Source: Alphaproteobacteria bacterium (GTDB taxonomy: Bacteria; Pseudomonadota; Alphaproteobacteria; CADEGL01). From it: 64,000 nucleotides of DNA. The stretch is taken from contig JAXMCE010000001.1 in assembly GCA_046349515.1 (NCBI GenBank), forward strand, positions 19,809-83,808, given 5' to 3'. This document shows positions 1 through 8,422 of this stretch, piece after piece. The notes below the pieces were generated by a model. That model was not told the DNA's origin. It searched no databases and saw only the letters and a program-made list of their open reading frames with translations. Each line of letters begins with the position of its first letter. Position 1 is the first letter of the stretch. The position numbers and the translations under genes were made by a program.

Positions 1-17
1 GCACGCATTGCCGGTTC

Positions 18-1049
18 GTGCAGACCAATTTCCTCGATGATTGGACCGAGCACGATTTCAGGGAGTTCATTTACAACGCCGATTACGTGAAGGTCGATCC
101 CGAATACGAACTCGTCCGACCCGAGCAACAGGCGCTGCGATTGAGCCAGGTCCTGTCGCGACTTAGATCCTGCCGAATCCTGGACTATGGCTCCGGCACA
201 GGGCTGCTTCGCGAGCGATTGGCGTCACTGGGATTCACGCAAGTCGAGAATTTCGATCCGTTCTCGAGCCCGGCGCGGCCATCGGGAACGTTCGAGATCA
301 TCACGTGCGTCGAAGTTCTGGAACATTCGGTCGAGCCCCGGCGCACGATCGAGGACATCGCATCGCTCCTGGCGCCCGGCGGATGCGTGTTGTTCAGCAC
401 CGGCATACAGCCCGCCAACATCGACGAACTGCGGGCCAATTGGTGGTACATCGGCCCGCGCAACGGGCACATATCAATTTTCTCCATCGAGTCGCTGGCG
501 ATCCTCGCGCAGCGGTGCGGCCTCGTCCTCTATGGCGGACAGGGCGATATGGCGTTTGGGCCGGTGGACCCGAAGGGAGAGATCGCGGCGCTCCTCGCGA
601 CCATTGGGCGCCGGCACGTCGTGCTCTCGCTAGCCTCGCCGGACAACGGTCTCCGCTCGACCCGCGGTTCTGCCGATGTCGAAAGCGATCCGTCCTCTTG
701 GCACAGCGTCGAGAGCGGCGATGCCGGCCGCTTCCGTTGGTCTCGATCGAGCCGTGTGAGCTGGACGTTCGGCGCGGCGATCCGCCCCCCCTGCACGGTC
801 GAGGTCCTGTGTCCCTTCACCATGGAGATCAGGCCCGGATTTGCGTCCGGGTGCCGGATCGCGCTCGGCAAGAACAGCGCTCCCGTCACAGTCGAGGGGA
901 AGACGATCGTCGCCCGCCTGCAGGTCGACGATGTCGTGGAGCCGACGATCACGCTCGAGACGCCCGCGACCGTGCGCCCCAGCGAGTTGAGGGACTCCGT
1001 CGATCGCCGTGAGCTGGGATTGGCGATTCCCGTCGCCCACCATTCCTGA
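18..1049 (+). CDS. Class I SAM-dependent methyltransferase with ~150-aa uncharacterised C-terminal domain
   Basis: 343-aa ORF with SAM motif I (ILDYGSGTGLL) and downstream motifs (VENFDP, IITCVEVLEH, LAPGGCVLFST). The ORF opens at the window edge, so the GTG at 18 may not be the true start. It has more A/T-ending codons than the core genes. Confidence 0.7.
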   Translation: MQTNFLDDWTEHDFREFIYNADYVKVDPEYELVRPEQQALRLSQVLSRLRSCRILDYGSGTGLLRERLASLGFTQVENFDPFSSPARPSGTFEIITCVEVLEHSVEPRRTIEDIASLLAPGGCVLFSTGIQPANIDELRANWWYIGPRNGHISIFSIESLAILAQRCGLVLYGGQGDMAFGPVDPKGEIAALLATIGRRHVVLSLASPDNGLRSTRGSADVESDPSSWHSVESGDAGRFRWSRSSRVSWTFGAAIRPPCTVEVLCPFTMEIRPGFASGCRIALGKNSAPVTVEGKTIVARLQVDDVVEPTITLETPATVRPSELRDSVDRRELGLAIPVAHHS

Positions 1050-1158
1050 CGTCGCGCAAGAGAGACCGCAAAGCTGGCCCTGCGGTCGCCAGCCCCCTCG
1101 GTCCCTGCTGACGACCGTGAGCTCGCCGTGGGCTTGGTGTCGGATCGATGGACGTGAG

Positions 1159-1220
1159 TGACGACCCCAACGGGATTCGAACCGGTGGTGACGTCCTGGA
1201 CCGGACTAGGCGATGGGGTC
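1159..1220 (-). pseudogene. Degenerate tRNA-Glu copy lacking the anticodon loop
   Basis: The 62-nt minus-strand sequence GACCCCATCGCCTAGTCCGGTCCAGGACGTCACC/ACCGGTTCGAATCCCGTTGGGGTCGTCA aligns end to end with the intact tRNA-Glu at 2575-2651. It lacks 16 nt (CTTTCAAGGTGAAAAC: anticodon loop, 3' anticodon stem and variable loop). It also has a T-stem mismatch (ACCGG/CCCGT) and TCA in place of CCA. Confidence 0.7.
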
Positions 1221-1323
1221 GCCGCAAGCAGGCCGCACTCTAGATGGGCCAGTCGTGGTGCGGTAATCTCAATGACGCTGGTACAGAACGGCCGACTGGC
1301 TGCTTTTGCGATGGGAAACTCAG

Positions 1324-2292
1324 ATGACATCGGTAGGTGAGAGCAAGACCGGCCTAAGGGATCCGATTTCAACGCCGCGCTTTGCCGGCCATGTGAGCTT
1401 CTTTCGATTGCCGGTGGTGGAGGATCTCGGATCGATCGACGTTGCTGTTTGCGGCATACCCTTTGATGGCGGCATCGGCAATCGGACGGGCGCGCGGCAC
1501 GGGCCCCGTCAGATACGTGAAATGTCGGTCAACTCGATCCGGCCCTACCACCCGGTTTCCAATCTGTCGCCCTTTCATCGCTGTCGCTTTGGCGACGTCG
1601 GCGATTCGCCCGTGAACCCGATAGACTTGAACCACAGTCTGGAGTTGATGAAATCCTACTTTGATCGCATCGACGATGCGGGCGCCATTCCCTTGGTCGC
1701 CGGCGGCGATCACCTCGTCACCCTGCCTGTGCTGCGTTCGATTGCGCGGCGTGGGCCTGTCGGCCTCGTGCACCTTGATGCCCATGCCGACACCTTTGAC
1801 TACTTTTTCGACGAGCGCTTTCGCTACAACCACGGCACGACATTCCGCCGCGCCGTCGAGGAGGGTTTGATCGACCCGAAACGCTGCATTCAGATCGGTC
1901 TGCGCGGCACACGCTTCACCCCCACCGACCTGGATTTCTCAATCGACAGCGGGATGCGGGTTATCACGATCGAGGAATATTTCGACCTGGGCGTGCAGGG
2001 CGTCTGCGCTGAAATCTCGAGGGTCATCGGAAGTGGCCGCACCTATGTTTCCATCGACGTCGATGGACTCGATGCGGTCTACGTTCCGGGGACGGGAGCC
2101 CCGGAAATCGGCGGCTACTCGCCGCGGGACGCGCAGCTGATGATCCGCTCCCTGGGCGGCAAGAGCATTGTCGGCGCCGACGTGGTCGAGGTATCCCCGC
2201 CGCTGGACCCGAGCGGCGGCACGGCGCGGGTAGCCGCGGTTCTAATGTTCGAACTCGCCGACGTCATCGCGCAACACGTTTGCAGCAGATAA
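1324..2292 (+). CDS. Agmatinase / guanidino-acid hydrolase (ureohydrolase, arginase fold)
   Basis: Mn-binding ureohydrolase motifs are present: GGDHLVTLPVL, VHLDAHADT, SIDVDGLD and GADVVEVSPPLD. The ATG at 1324 is preferred over the TTG at 1306. GC3 is lower than in neighbouring core genes. Confidence 0.85.
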   Translation: MTSVGESKTGLRDPISTPRFAGHVSFFRLPVVEDLGSIDVAVCGIPFDGGIGNRTGARHGPRQIREMSVNSIRPYHPVSNLSPFHRCRFGDVGDSPVNPIDLNHSLELMKSYFDRIDDAGAIPLVAGGDHLVTLPVLRSIARRGPVGLVHLDAHADTFDYFFDERFRYNHGTTFRRAVEEGLIDPKRCIQIGLRGTRFTPTDLDFSIDSGMRVITIEEYFDLGVQGVCAEISRVIGSGRTYVSIDVDGLDAVYVPGTGAPEIGGYSPRDAQLMIRSLGGKSIVGADVVEVSPPLDPSGGTARVAAVLMFELADVIAQHVCSR

Positions 2293-2384
2293 CTGCAACG
2301 GTGGAATGCGCGCCGCCGCAGTTGATGCCAGCGAGCCTGCGGTCGCGCAACACAGCACTGCCGAGAGTACATCCCTACTCTGTC

Positions 2385-2407
2385 TATTCGGCAGAAACCG
2401 AATTTGT
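2385..2407 (+). terminator. Candidate intrinsic terminator downstream of the ureohydrolase gene
   Basis: Hairpin ATTCGG-cagaaa-CCGAAT followed by TTGTT. The stem is short, so support is weak. Confidence 0.3.
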
Positions 2408-2574
2408 TCTGCGCAACGAACAGATGCCGGACCTGTGAGCGCGTTGCCGACGGCTCATTGCTACCGCGCGAGCACGACTTGAGCCACCGTACATCGCCGG
2501 CGGTTCCGAAGCAGCCATGCCGTCTTTTTTGCCGTGCGGCAAATGCGGCGTGAAACTACGGACTTGAAAAAATA

Positions 2575-2651
2575 TGGCGACCCCAACGGGATTCGAACCC
2601 GTGTTTTCACCTTGAAAGGGTGACGTCCTGACCGGGCTAGACGATGGGGTC
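2575..2651 (-). tRNA. tRNA-Glu (anticodon UUC)
   Basis: The 77-nt minus-strand sequence folds by hand into a cloverleaf: GACCCCA/TC/GTC-TAGCCCGGTCAG-GAC/G/TCACC-CTTTCAA-GGTGA/AAAC/ACGGG-TTCGAAT-CCCGT/TGGGGTC/G/CCA. The CCA end is encoded. Confidence 0.9.
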
Positions 2652-2772
2652 GCGCGCCCTGCACCTACCGGGCGGGGCCGCCGAAATCAAGCACATTTGC
2701 ACAGCGGCGGCCTCGGTTGGGGTCCTTGGACGCGCAGCCCCGCCCCGGTTGCCGCGATATGAGCGTCCGCGC

Positions 2773-4578
2773 CTACAGCCGTGCGGGCGCCGCGTCCGCG
2801 ACGACGAACTGGACGTCCTCGCGGTCCTGCCAGCGGTCGAGGCGCAAGCGGCCGGCGAGGTGGAGCGTGGCACCCGCGCGGTCGAGGAGCGCCCGCCCCA
2901 AGGGCGTGCCGGCCGCGCGGAAGGCGATGGCCTTCAGGCGCCGGCCCGCGGCATCGCCCAAGAAGCAGCGCACGTGGTTCTCGCCGACCACATCGGCCTT
3001 GCCCACGCGCACGGAATCGAGGGCGAAGACCGGCTCCGCATTGCCCGCACCGTAGGGTTCGAGCCGCCCGAGCGTCGCGGCGAGGCCCGCGTTCGCGGCA
3101 CCGAGGGAGAGCGCGCCGTCGAGATGGAGCGTCGGCACGATGGCCTGCTCATCGATGGCGGTGCGAATGCGCTCGTCGAGGAACGCGCGGAATCGCGGAA
3201 GCGAGTCGCGCGGCACCGTGAAGCCCGCCGCCATGGGATGGCCGCCGCCGGCGCTGAGAATGCCGGCTTGCCGCGCGGCGATGACCGCCGCGCCGAGGTT
3301 GACGCCCGGCACCGAGCGCGCCGAACCCTTCCCCGCCGCGCCCTCGAGCGCCACGACGAAAGCGGGCCGGTTGAAGCGCTCGACGAGGCGGCTCGCGATG
3401 ATGCCGATGACGCCCGGATGCCAGCCCTCGCCCGCGGCGAAGGCGACGGCGCTCGCGGGCGCCGCCTCCACTTGCGCGATCGCGTCCTCGAGCGAGCGCG
3501 CCTCGATCTGCTGGCGGAGGCGGTTCAGCTCGTTCAAGCGCTCGGCCAAGCGCCGCGCCTCGACGGGATCGTCGGTCGAGAGAAGCCGCGCGCCGAGATC
3601 GGCCTCGCCCACGCGCCCCCCGGCATTGACGCGGGGGCCAAGGACGAAGCCCGCGTGGTAGGTGCCGGGCGCCTCCTTGATGCCCGCGACATCGGCCAAG
3701 GCCGCGAGCCCCGCATTGCCGCGCCGCGCGAGGATCTTCAAGCCTTGCGCCACGAGCGCGCGGTTGATTCCCGCGAGCGGCACCACGTCGCAGACCGTGC
3801 CGAGCGCCGCGAGGTCGAGCCAGGCCATGAGATCCGGCTCCTGCCGCCCGCCCGCGTAGAATCCGGCCGCGCGGAGCGCGCGGTTGACCGCGATCGCAAG
3901 AAGGAACGCCAAGCCCACCGCCGCCATGTGTCGGTGCGGACTCGTCTCGTCGAGCCGGTTCGGATTGACGACCGCATGGGCCTTGGGGAGGCGCGGCTCG
4001 GCCACGTGGTGGTCGACGACGATGACGTCGAGCCCGGCGCCCGCGGCCGCTTCGAGCACGTCGAACGCGGTGATTCCGCAATCGACCGTGACCATCACCG
4101 TGGCGCCCTGGCGGCCAAGCGCCTCGATGCCGGCGAGGCTCGGCCCGTAGCCCTCCTTGACGCGGTCGGGGACGTAGAGCGCGGCGCGACCGCCGGCCGC
4201 TCGCACGAAACGCGCAAGCAGCGCCGAGGAGGTGGCGCCGTCGACGTCGTAATCGCCGAGGATGCCGACCGTCTCGCCCCGCTCGATCGCCGCGGCGAGG
4301 CGTGCCGCGGCCCGGTCCATGTCCTTCAAGTGGCTCGGATCGGGGAGAAGCGCGCGGAGCGTCGGATTGAGGTAGTCCTCCGCCGTTTCGAGCGTGACGC
4401 CCCGCCCCGCCATGACGCGGCCGACGATCTCCGGCACCGCGAGACGCTGGGCGAGCGCCAGGCCGAGCCGCGCGTCAGCGAACCTCAAACACCAGCGCTT
4501 GCCGCCGTAGGAGGATTCGACGCCGAGAACGCACGCCGCATCGTGGCCGGCCGCCGTCTCCGGCGCGGCCGCCGCCAT
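2773..4578 (-). CDS. recJ: Single-stranded-DNA-specific exonuclease RecJ
   Basis: 601 aa from the ATG at 4578 (MAAAAPETAAG...). DHH motifs are present: ILGDYDVDGATS, VTVDCGI and VVDHH. The start ATG overlaps the glpX stop (ATGA). The 768-aa track ORF is an upstream shadow extension into glpX. Confidence 0.9.
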   Translation of the reverse strand: MAAAAPETAAGHDAACVLGVESSYGGKRWCLRFADARLGLALAQRLAVPEIVGRVMAGRGVTLETAEDYLNPTLRALLPDPSHLKDMDRAAARLAAAIERGETVGILGDYDVDGATSSALLARFVRAAGGRAALYVPDRVKEGYGPSLAGIEALGRQGATVMVTVDCGITAFDVLEAAAGAGLDVIVVDHHVAEPRLPKAHAVVNPNRLDETSPHRHMAAVGLAFLLAIAVNRALRAAGFYAGGRQEPDLMAWLDLAALGTVCDVVPLAGINRALVAQGLKILARRGNAGLAALADVAGIKEAPGTYHAGFVLGPRVNAGGRVGEADLGARLLSTDDPVEARRLAERLNELNRLRQQIEARSLEDAIAQVEAAPASAVAFAAGEGWHPGVIGIIASRLVERFNRPAFVVALEGAAGKGSARSVPGVNLGAAVIAARQAGILSAGGGHPMAAGFTVPRDSLPRFRAFLDERIRTAIDEQAIVPTLHLDGALSLGAANAGLAATLGRLEPYGAGNAEPVFALDSVRVGKADVVGENHVRCFLGDAAGRRLKAIAFRAAGTPLGRALLDRAGATLHLAGRLRLDRWQDREDVQFVVADAAPARL

Positions 4579-5546
4579 CAGGCGCTTGTCTCGCGCGCGA
4601 GGTCGCGCGTCGCCTCGATGATGCGCACCGTGCCGGTCTTTGACCGCATCACGATCGACTGGGTCGAGAGATGGGACGCGGTCCGGTGGACGCCCTCGAG
4701 CATCCAGCCGTCGGTGACGCCGGTCGCCGCGAAGACGAGGTCGCCGCCCGCGAGCTCGTTCAATTTGTAGATGCGGTCGAAGTTGGTGATGCCGAGACGC
4801 TTCGCGCGGCCGCGCTCCTCGTCGTTCCGGAAGACGAGGCGGCCTTCCATCTGCCCGCCGATGCAGCGGAGCGCCGCCGCGGCCAGCACGCCCTCGGGGG
4901 CGCCGCCGATCCCCATGTAGATGTCGACGCCGGTCGAGGGCCGCGTCGTCGCGATGACGCCGCTCACATCGCCGTCGCTGATGAGCTGGATGCGCACGCC
5001 CGCCTCGCGCGTCTTGGCGATCAGCTCCTCGTGGCGCGGCCGGTCGAGGATGCAGGCCACAAGGTCGCCGACCTCGCACTTCTTCGCCTTCGCGAGCGCG
5101 CGAAGATTGTCGCCCGGCGACTGCGCGAGCCCGACGACGCCCGCCGGCAGGCCAGGGCCGACCGCGATCTTGTCCATGTAGACATCGGGCGCGTTGAGGA
5201 AGCCGCCCGCCGTGCCGATCGCCATGACCGCGAGGGCGTTGGGGGCCCCCTTGGCCGTGATCGTCGTGCCCTCGAGCGGATCGAGCGCGATGTCGACCTT
5301 GGTGCCGCGGCCGGTGCCGACCTTCTCCCCGATGTAGAGCATGGGCGCCTCGTCGCGCTCGCCCTCCCCGATCACGACGGTGCCCGCGATGTCGAGCGTG
5401 TTGAGCGCCTGGCGCATGGCGTCGACGGCGGCCTGGTCGGCCGCCTTCTCGTTGCCGCGCCCGATGAAGGACGCGGCCGCGATCGCCGCCGCCTCCGTCA
5501 CGCGCACCGCCTCGAGCACCACGACGCGGTCCAATTCGTCCGCCAT
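4578..5546 (-). CDS. glpX: Fructose-1,6-bisphosphatase class II (GlpX)
   Basis: 322 aa. The N-terminus (LEAVRVTEAAAIAAASFIGRGNEKAADQAAVDAMR) and motifs DIALDPLEGTT and GIGGAPEGV are typical of GlpX. Confidence 0.9.
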   Translation of the reverse strand: MADELDRVVVLEAVRVTEAAAIAAASFIGRGNEKAADQAAVDAMRQALNTLDIAGTVVIGEGERDEAPMLYIGEKVGTGRGTKVDIALDPLEGTTITAKGAPNALAVMAIGTAGGFLNAPDVYMDKIAVGPGLPAGVVGLAQSPGDNLRALAKAKKCEVGDLVACILDRPRHEELIAKTREAGVRIQLISDGDVSGVIATTRPSTGVDIYMGIGGAPEGVLAAAALRCIGGQMEGRLVFRNDEERGRAKRLGITNFDRIYKLNELAGGDLVFAATGVTDGWMLEGVHRTASHLSTQSIVMRSKTGTVRIIEATRDLARETSA

Positions 5547-5563
5547 CTCGACCCCTCCTCCGC

Positions 5564-6856
5564 CTAGAACGCCTCTATTCTGATCATTCGGGGCGGCTCG
5601 ACAACCGAATCGAAGGCGCCGACGCGCGCGAGCGCGCGGGCCATGGCGGCCTCCTCCGTCTCATGGGTCATCATCACGACCGGGACGATGTTGTCGGGAC
5701 TCCGGCCGCGCTGGATCATGGCCGCCATGGAAATCTGCTCGTCGCGGAGCGCCGCGGCGATGTCGGCGATGACGCCCGGCCGGTCGACGACCGTGAGGCG
5801 CACATAGTACTCGCCTCGGTGGCGCTCGATGGGCGAGGTGCCGAGGCGCGAGAGTGCTGTCGCCGGCACGCCGAAAGTGGGTACCCGCCGCCCGGTCGCG
5901 ATGTCGACGAGATCGGCCACGACGGCCGAGGCCGTGGGGCCCCCGCCGGCGCCCCGCCCCTCGAACACCGCGTTCTCGACGAAGTTGCCGACGGCCACGA
6001 CCGCGTTGAGCACGCCTTCCACATGGGCGATCGGATTGTCGAGCGAGACCATGCAGGGATGGACACGCTGCTCGATGCCGTGAGCGGTCGGCCGCGCGCT
6101 GCCGAGCAACTTGATGCGGTAGCCAAGCTCCTCGGCATATTCGATGTCGAGGGGAGCCACGTGCCGGATGCCTTCGACATGGACGCCCGGGAAGTTCACC
6201 TCGCAGCCGAAGGCAAGGCTCGTGAGGATCGCGAGCTTGTGCGCCGTGTCGATCCCGTCGATGTCGAAGCTCGGATCGGCCTCGGCATAGCCGAGCTTCT
6301 GCGCCTCGGCGAGCACGTCGGCGAAGGCGCGGCCCGTCGTGCGCATCGTCGTGAGGATGTAATTGCAGGTGCCGTTGAGGATGCCGTAGAGGCGCAGGAT
6401 GCGGTTCGCCGCAAGCCCCTCGCGCAGCGCCTTCACGATGGGAATGCCGCCCGCGACCGCCGCCTCGAAGGCGAGCGTCACGCCCTTCCCTTCGGCCGCG
6501 CGCGCAAGCGCCGTGCCGTGGACGGCCAGCATGGCCTTGTTCGCGGTGACGACGTGGCGCCCCTTGGCGATCGCCGCCTCGACGACGGCCTTGGCGGCGC
6601 CGTCGGACCCGCCGATGAGCTCGAGCACCACGTCGGCTTGCGATTCCGACGCCATGCGCACCGGATCGTCGAACCAGGCGAAGGACGAGAGATCGACGCC
6701 GCGGTCGCGCTTGCGGTCGCGCGCCGAGACAGCGACGACGTCGAGCGCGCGGCCGCAGCGCCGCGCCAGAAGCTCGCGGTTCTCGGCGAGAAGCTTGAGC
6801 GTCCCGATGCCCACCGTCCCGAGCCCTGCAACCGCGATCTTGAGCGCGCCACTCAT
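5564..6856 (-). CDS. hom: Homoserine dehydrogenase
   Basis: Start MSGALKIAVAGLGTVGIG (NAD-binding GxGxxG), preceded by a GGAG Shine-Dalgarno. VTANKA motif and a C-terminal ACT-like domain are present. The order hom-glpX-recJ is a common synteny. Confidence 0.9.
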   Translation of the reverse strand: MSGALKIAVAGLGTVGIGTLKLLAENRELLARRCGRALDVVAVSARDRKRDRGVDLSSFAWFDDPVRMASESQADVVLELIGGSDGAAKAVVEAAIAKGRHVVTANKAMLAVHGTALARAAEGKGVTLAFEAAVAGGIPIVKALREGLAANRILRLYGILNGTCNYILTTMRTTGRAFADVLAEAQKLGYAEADPSFDIDGIDTAHKLAILTSLAFGCEVNFPGVHVEGIRHVAPLDIEYAEELGYRIKLLGSARPTAHGIEQRVHPCMVSLDNPIAHVEGVLNAVVAVGNFVENAVFEGRGAGGGPTASAVVADLVDIATGRRVPTFGVPATALSRLGTSPIERHRGEYYVRLTVVDRPGVIADIAAALRDEQISMAAMIQRGRSPDNIVPVVMMTHETEEAAMARALARVGAFDSVVEPPRMIRIEAF

Positions 6857-6948
6857 TCTTTCGCTCCGTTCAACGCATCCCCCATGCGCCACCCTCCGCG
6901 TCCAGCCGCGAGGCGCGGCGTGAGCATAGCCGAGACCATCATGGACGT

Positions 6949-8277
6949 TCAGTAGTCGAAAAAGATATCGACGCGACGATTGCTTGGCGCCGCTTCGGAA
7001 CGCGGGGCGGCGTAGGCGGGATCGGACTGCGCCATCTCGCCGGCGTAGATCTTGGACGCGGAAACGCCTCGCTCGACGAGGGCCCGCGCGACCGTCTGCG
7101 CCCGCTCGGCCGAGGCCGGGCCCTGCGCATAGCCGACGACGCGGATGAAACCGCCGCGCGCGCGGTGCTCGGCGGCCAGGTCCCTCAGGACCGCGAGATC
7201 GGCGGCCCGGAGGTCGTTGCCGCCATCAGCGAAGCTGATCGTCGCCATCTCGGCCGAGATCGCGACCTTCGAGCGGTCGAATTGGGCCAAGGTGCGCACG
7301 CCCTTGGCGCTAGCTCCGCGAGCGCTCGGTGGCGTCAAACTCGGTGCGGCCGGTGACTCGATCACCGTCGTCCCCGGATTGGTCGTCATCGGACTCGTCG
7401 TCAGGGGACTGGTCGCCATGGGGCTCGCGGGCGGCGCGATTTCAGGCGCGCTCGGCACCGCGGCGATCGAGGGCGACGCCTCCGCGATCGGCGGCAAGGG
7501 CACCGGCGCGGGTGGCGGCGGCGACGGAATCGATGGGACGGGCGTCGCCTGCGGCGTCACCACCGAGGCTGGGGCGACCGGCGGCGAAGGAGGTGCTGCC
7601 AACGGGGAAGGCACGACGGCCGGCTCGGAGGTCGACGGCACGGCCGCCATCTGGGGCGGCGGCGGCGCTGGCGGCTCCGGCGACGGCGCGACGGCGGCCG
7701 CTGGCGGCGTCGGCGCGGCGGGCGGCGATGGAGGCGGCGGCGGAGCGGCCGGTTGAGACGCCGCTTGCGTTGCCGGTGGGGTCGAGGCGGCCGGTTGAGA
7801 CGGCGCTGGCTTCGCGGGCGGGACGGTGCTCGACGCCGAGGCGGGCGTCGCCTTGGGGGCCGCGCTCGCGGATTCGGATGGCTTCGATGCCTCGGCCCCC
7901 TTCGATGGCGCCCCCTCGCCCTTCTGCGCGCGCGGCGTCGGCGGAGCGATCATCGGCTGCTCGGGCCGCGCCACCTTGTCCGCGTACTGCACCTCGCGCG
8001 TATCGGCGATGAGAGCGTCCGCGATCTTCTTGCGCTCCTCGGCGGTGGTCTGCGGCTTGGGCGCCTGGCCCGGGACCGTGCCGAGGTTGGGGAAGGACTG
8101 CCCCTCGCCGGGCACACCTTCCGCACCCGGTTTCGGCTTCGCGGTCGAACTCACCGTCGTCGGCGGCGCCTCCTCGAACCAGGTCGTCGGGTCGAACTTC
8201 TCGAGCGTCGAGCACGCGCCGAGCGCGAGCACGCTCACGGCGAGGCCGAGCGCGCGGAGGCCGGTCACGGCACGCAT
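6949..8277 (-). CDS. OmpA-like (peptidoglycan-associated) lipoprotein with ~250-aa Pro/Ala/Ser-rich linker
   Basis: Start MRAVTGLRALGLAVSVLALGAC carries a lipobox (LALGAC). A long low-complexity P/A/S region follows. The C-terminal OmpA-like domain ends ...NRRVDIFFDY. Confidence 0.75.
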   Translation of the reverse strand: MRAVTGLRALGLAVSVLALGACSTLEKFDPTTWFEEAPPTTVSSTAKPKPGAEGVPGEGQSFPNLGTVPGQAPKPQTTAEERKKIADALIADTREVQYADKVARPEQPMIAPPTPRAQKGEGAPSKGAEASKPSESASAAPKATPASASSTVPPAKPAPSQPAASTPPATQAASQPAAPPPPPSPPAAPTPPAAAVAPSPEPPAPPPPQMAAVPSTSEPAVVPSPLAAPPSPPVAPASVVTPQATPVPSIPSPPPPAPVPLPPIAEASPSIAAVPSAPEIAPPASPMATSPLTTSPMTTNPGTTVIESPAAPSLTPPSARGASAKGVRTLAQFDRSKVAISAEMATISFADGGNDLRAADLAVLRDLAAEHRARGGFIRVVGYAQGPASAERAQTVARALVERGVSASKIYAGEMAQSDPAYAAPRSEAAPSNRRVDIFFDY

Positions 8278-8422
8278 GGTTTGCAACTGGCTCTCACTCG
8301 TGTATTTAGGCGCGGCATCCTGTTCGTGGTCAGTCCGATTTCCCCGCGTCTTCCGAGGGGCACGACGCCGAGCGGAAGGGCGCGTTCCGGGATCGAGGCG
8401 CGCGATGATAAGGGATTGCCGC

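Noticed and set aside
2520-2545. The hairpin TTTGCCG-tg-CGGCAAA downstream of tRNA-Glu as a terminator.
   Set aside because: On the transcribed (minus) strand the stem is followed by an A-run, not a U-run. On the plus strand the T-run precedes the stem. It is not a canonical intrinsic terminator.
2644-4770. A 708-aa plus-strand ORF, together with similar very long ORFs. These are 8330-10072(-), 10552-13161(+), 14376-16070(-), 16034-17917(-), 19303-21792(+), 29268-30734(-), 34291-35829(-), 47279-48892(-), 49801-52233(-), 55607-57202(-), 59761-61065(-) and 60762-62192(-).
   Set aside because: Each lies antisense to, or out of frame with, a gene that has clear family motifs. Their translations are Arg/Gly/Ala/Asp/His-rich junk typical of stop-poor alternative frames in high-GC DNA, and they carry no recognisable motifs.
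4579-5079. A 167-codon N-terminal extension of recJ (768-aa track ORF).
   Set aside because: The extension runs through glpX in another frame and is Arg-rich junk. The RecJ homology begins at the ATG at 4578, which overlaps the glpX stop.
7826-8422. A ~200-codon N-terminal extension of phaC.
   Set aside because: It lies antisense to the OmpA-like lipoprotein gene. The conserved PhaC sequence starts around 8423.
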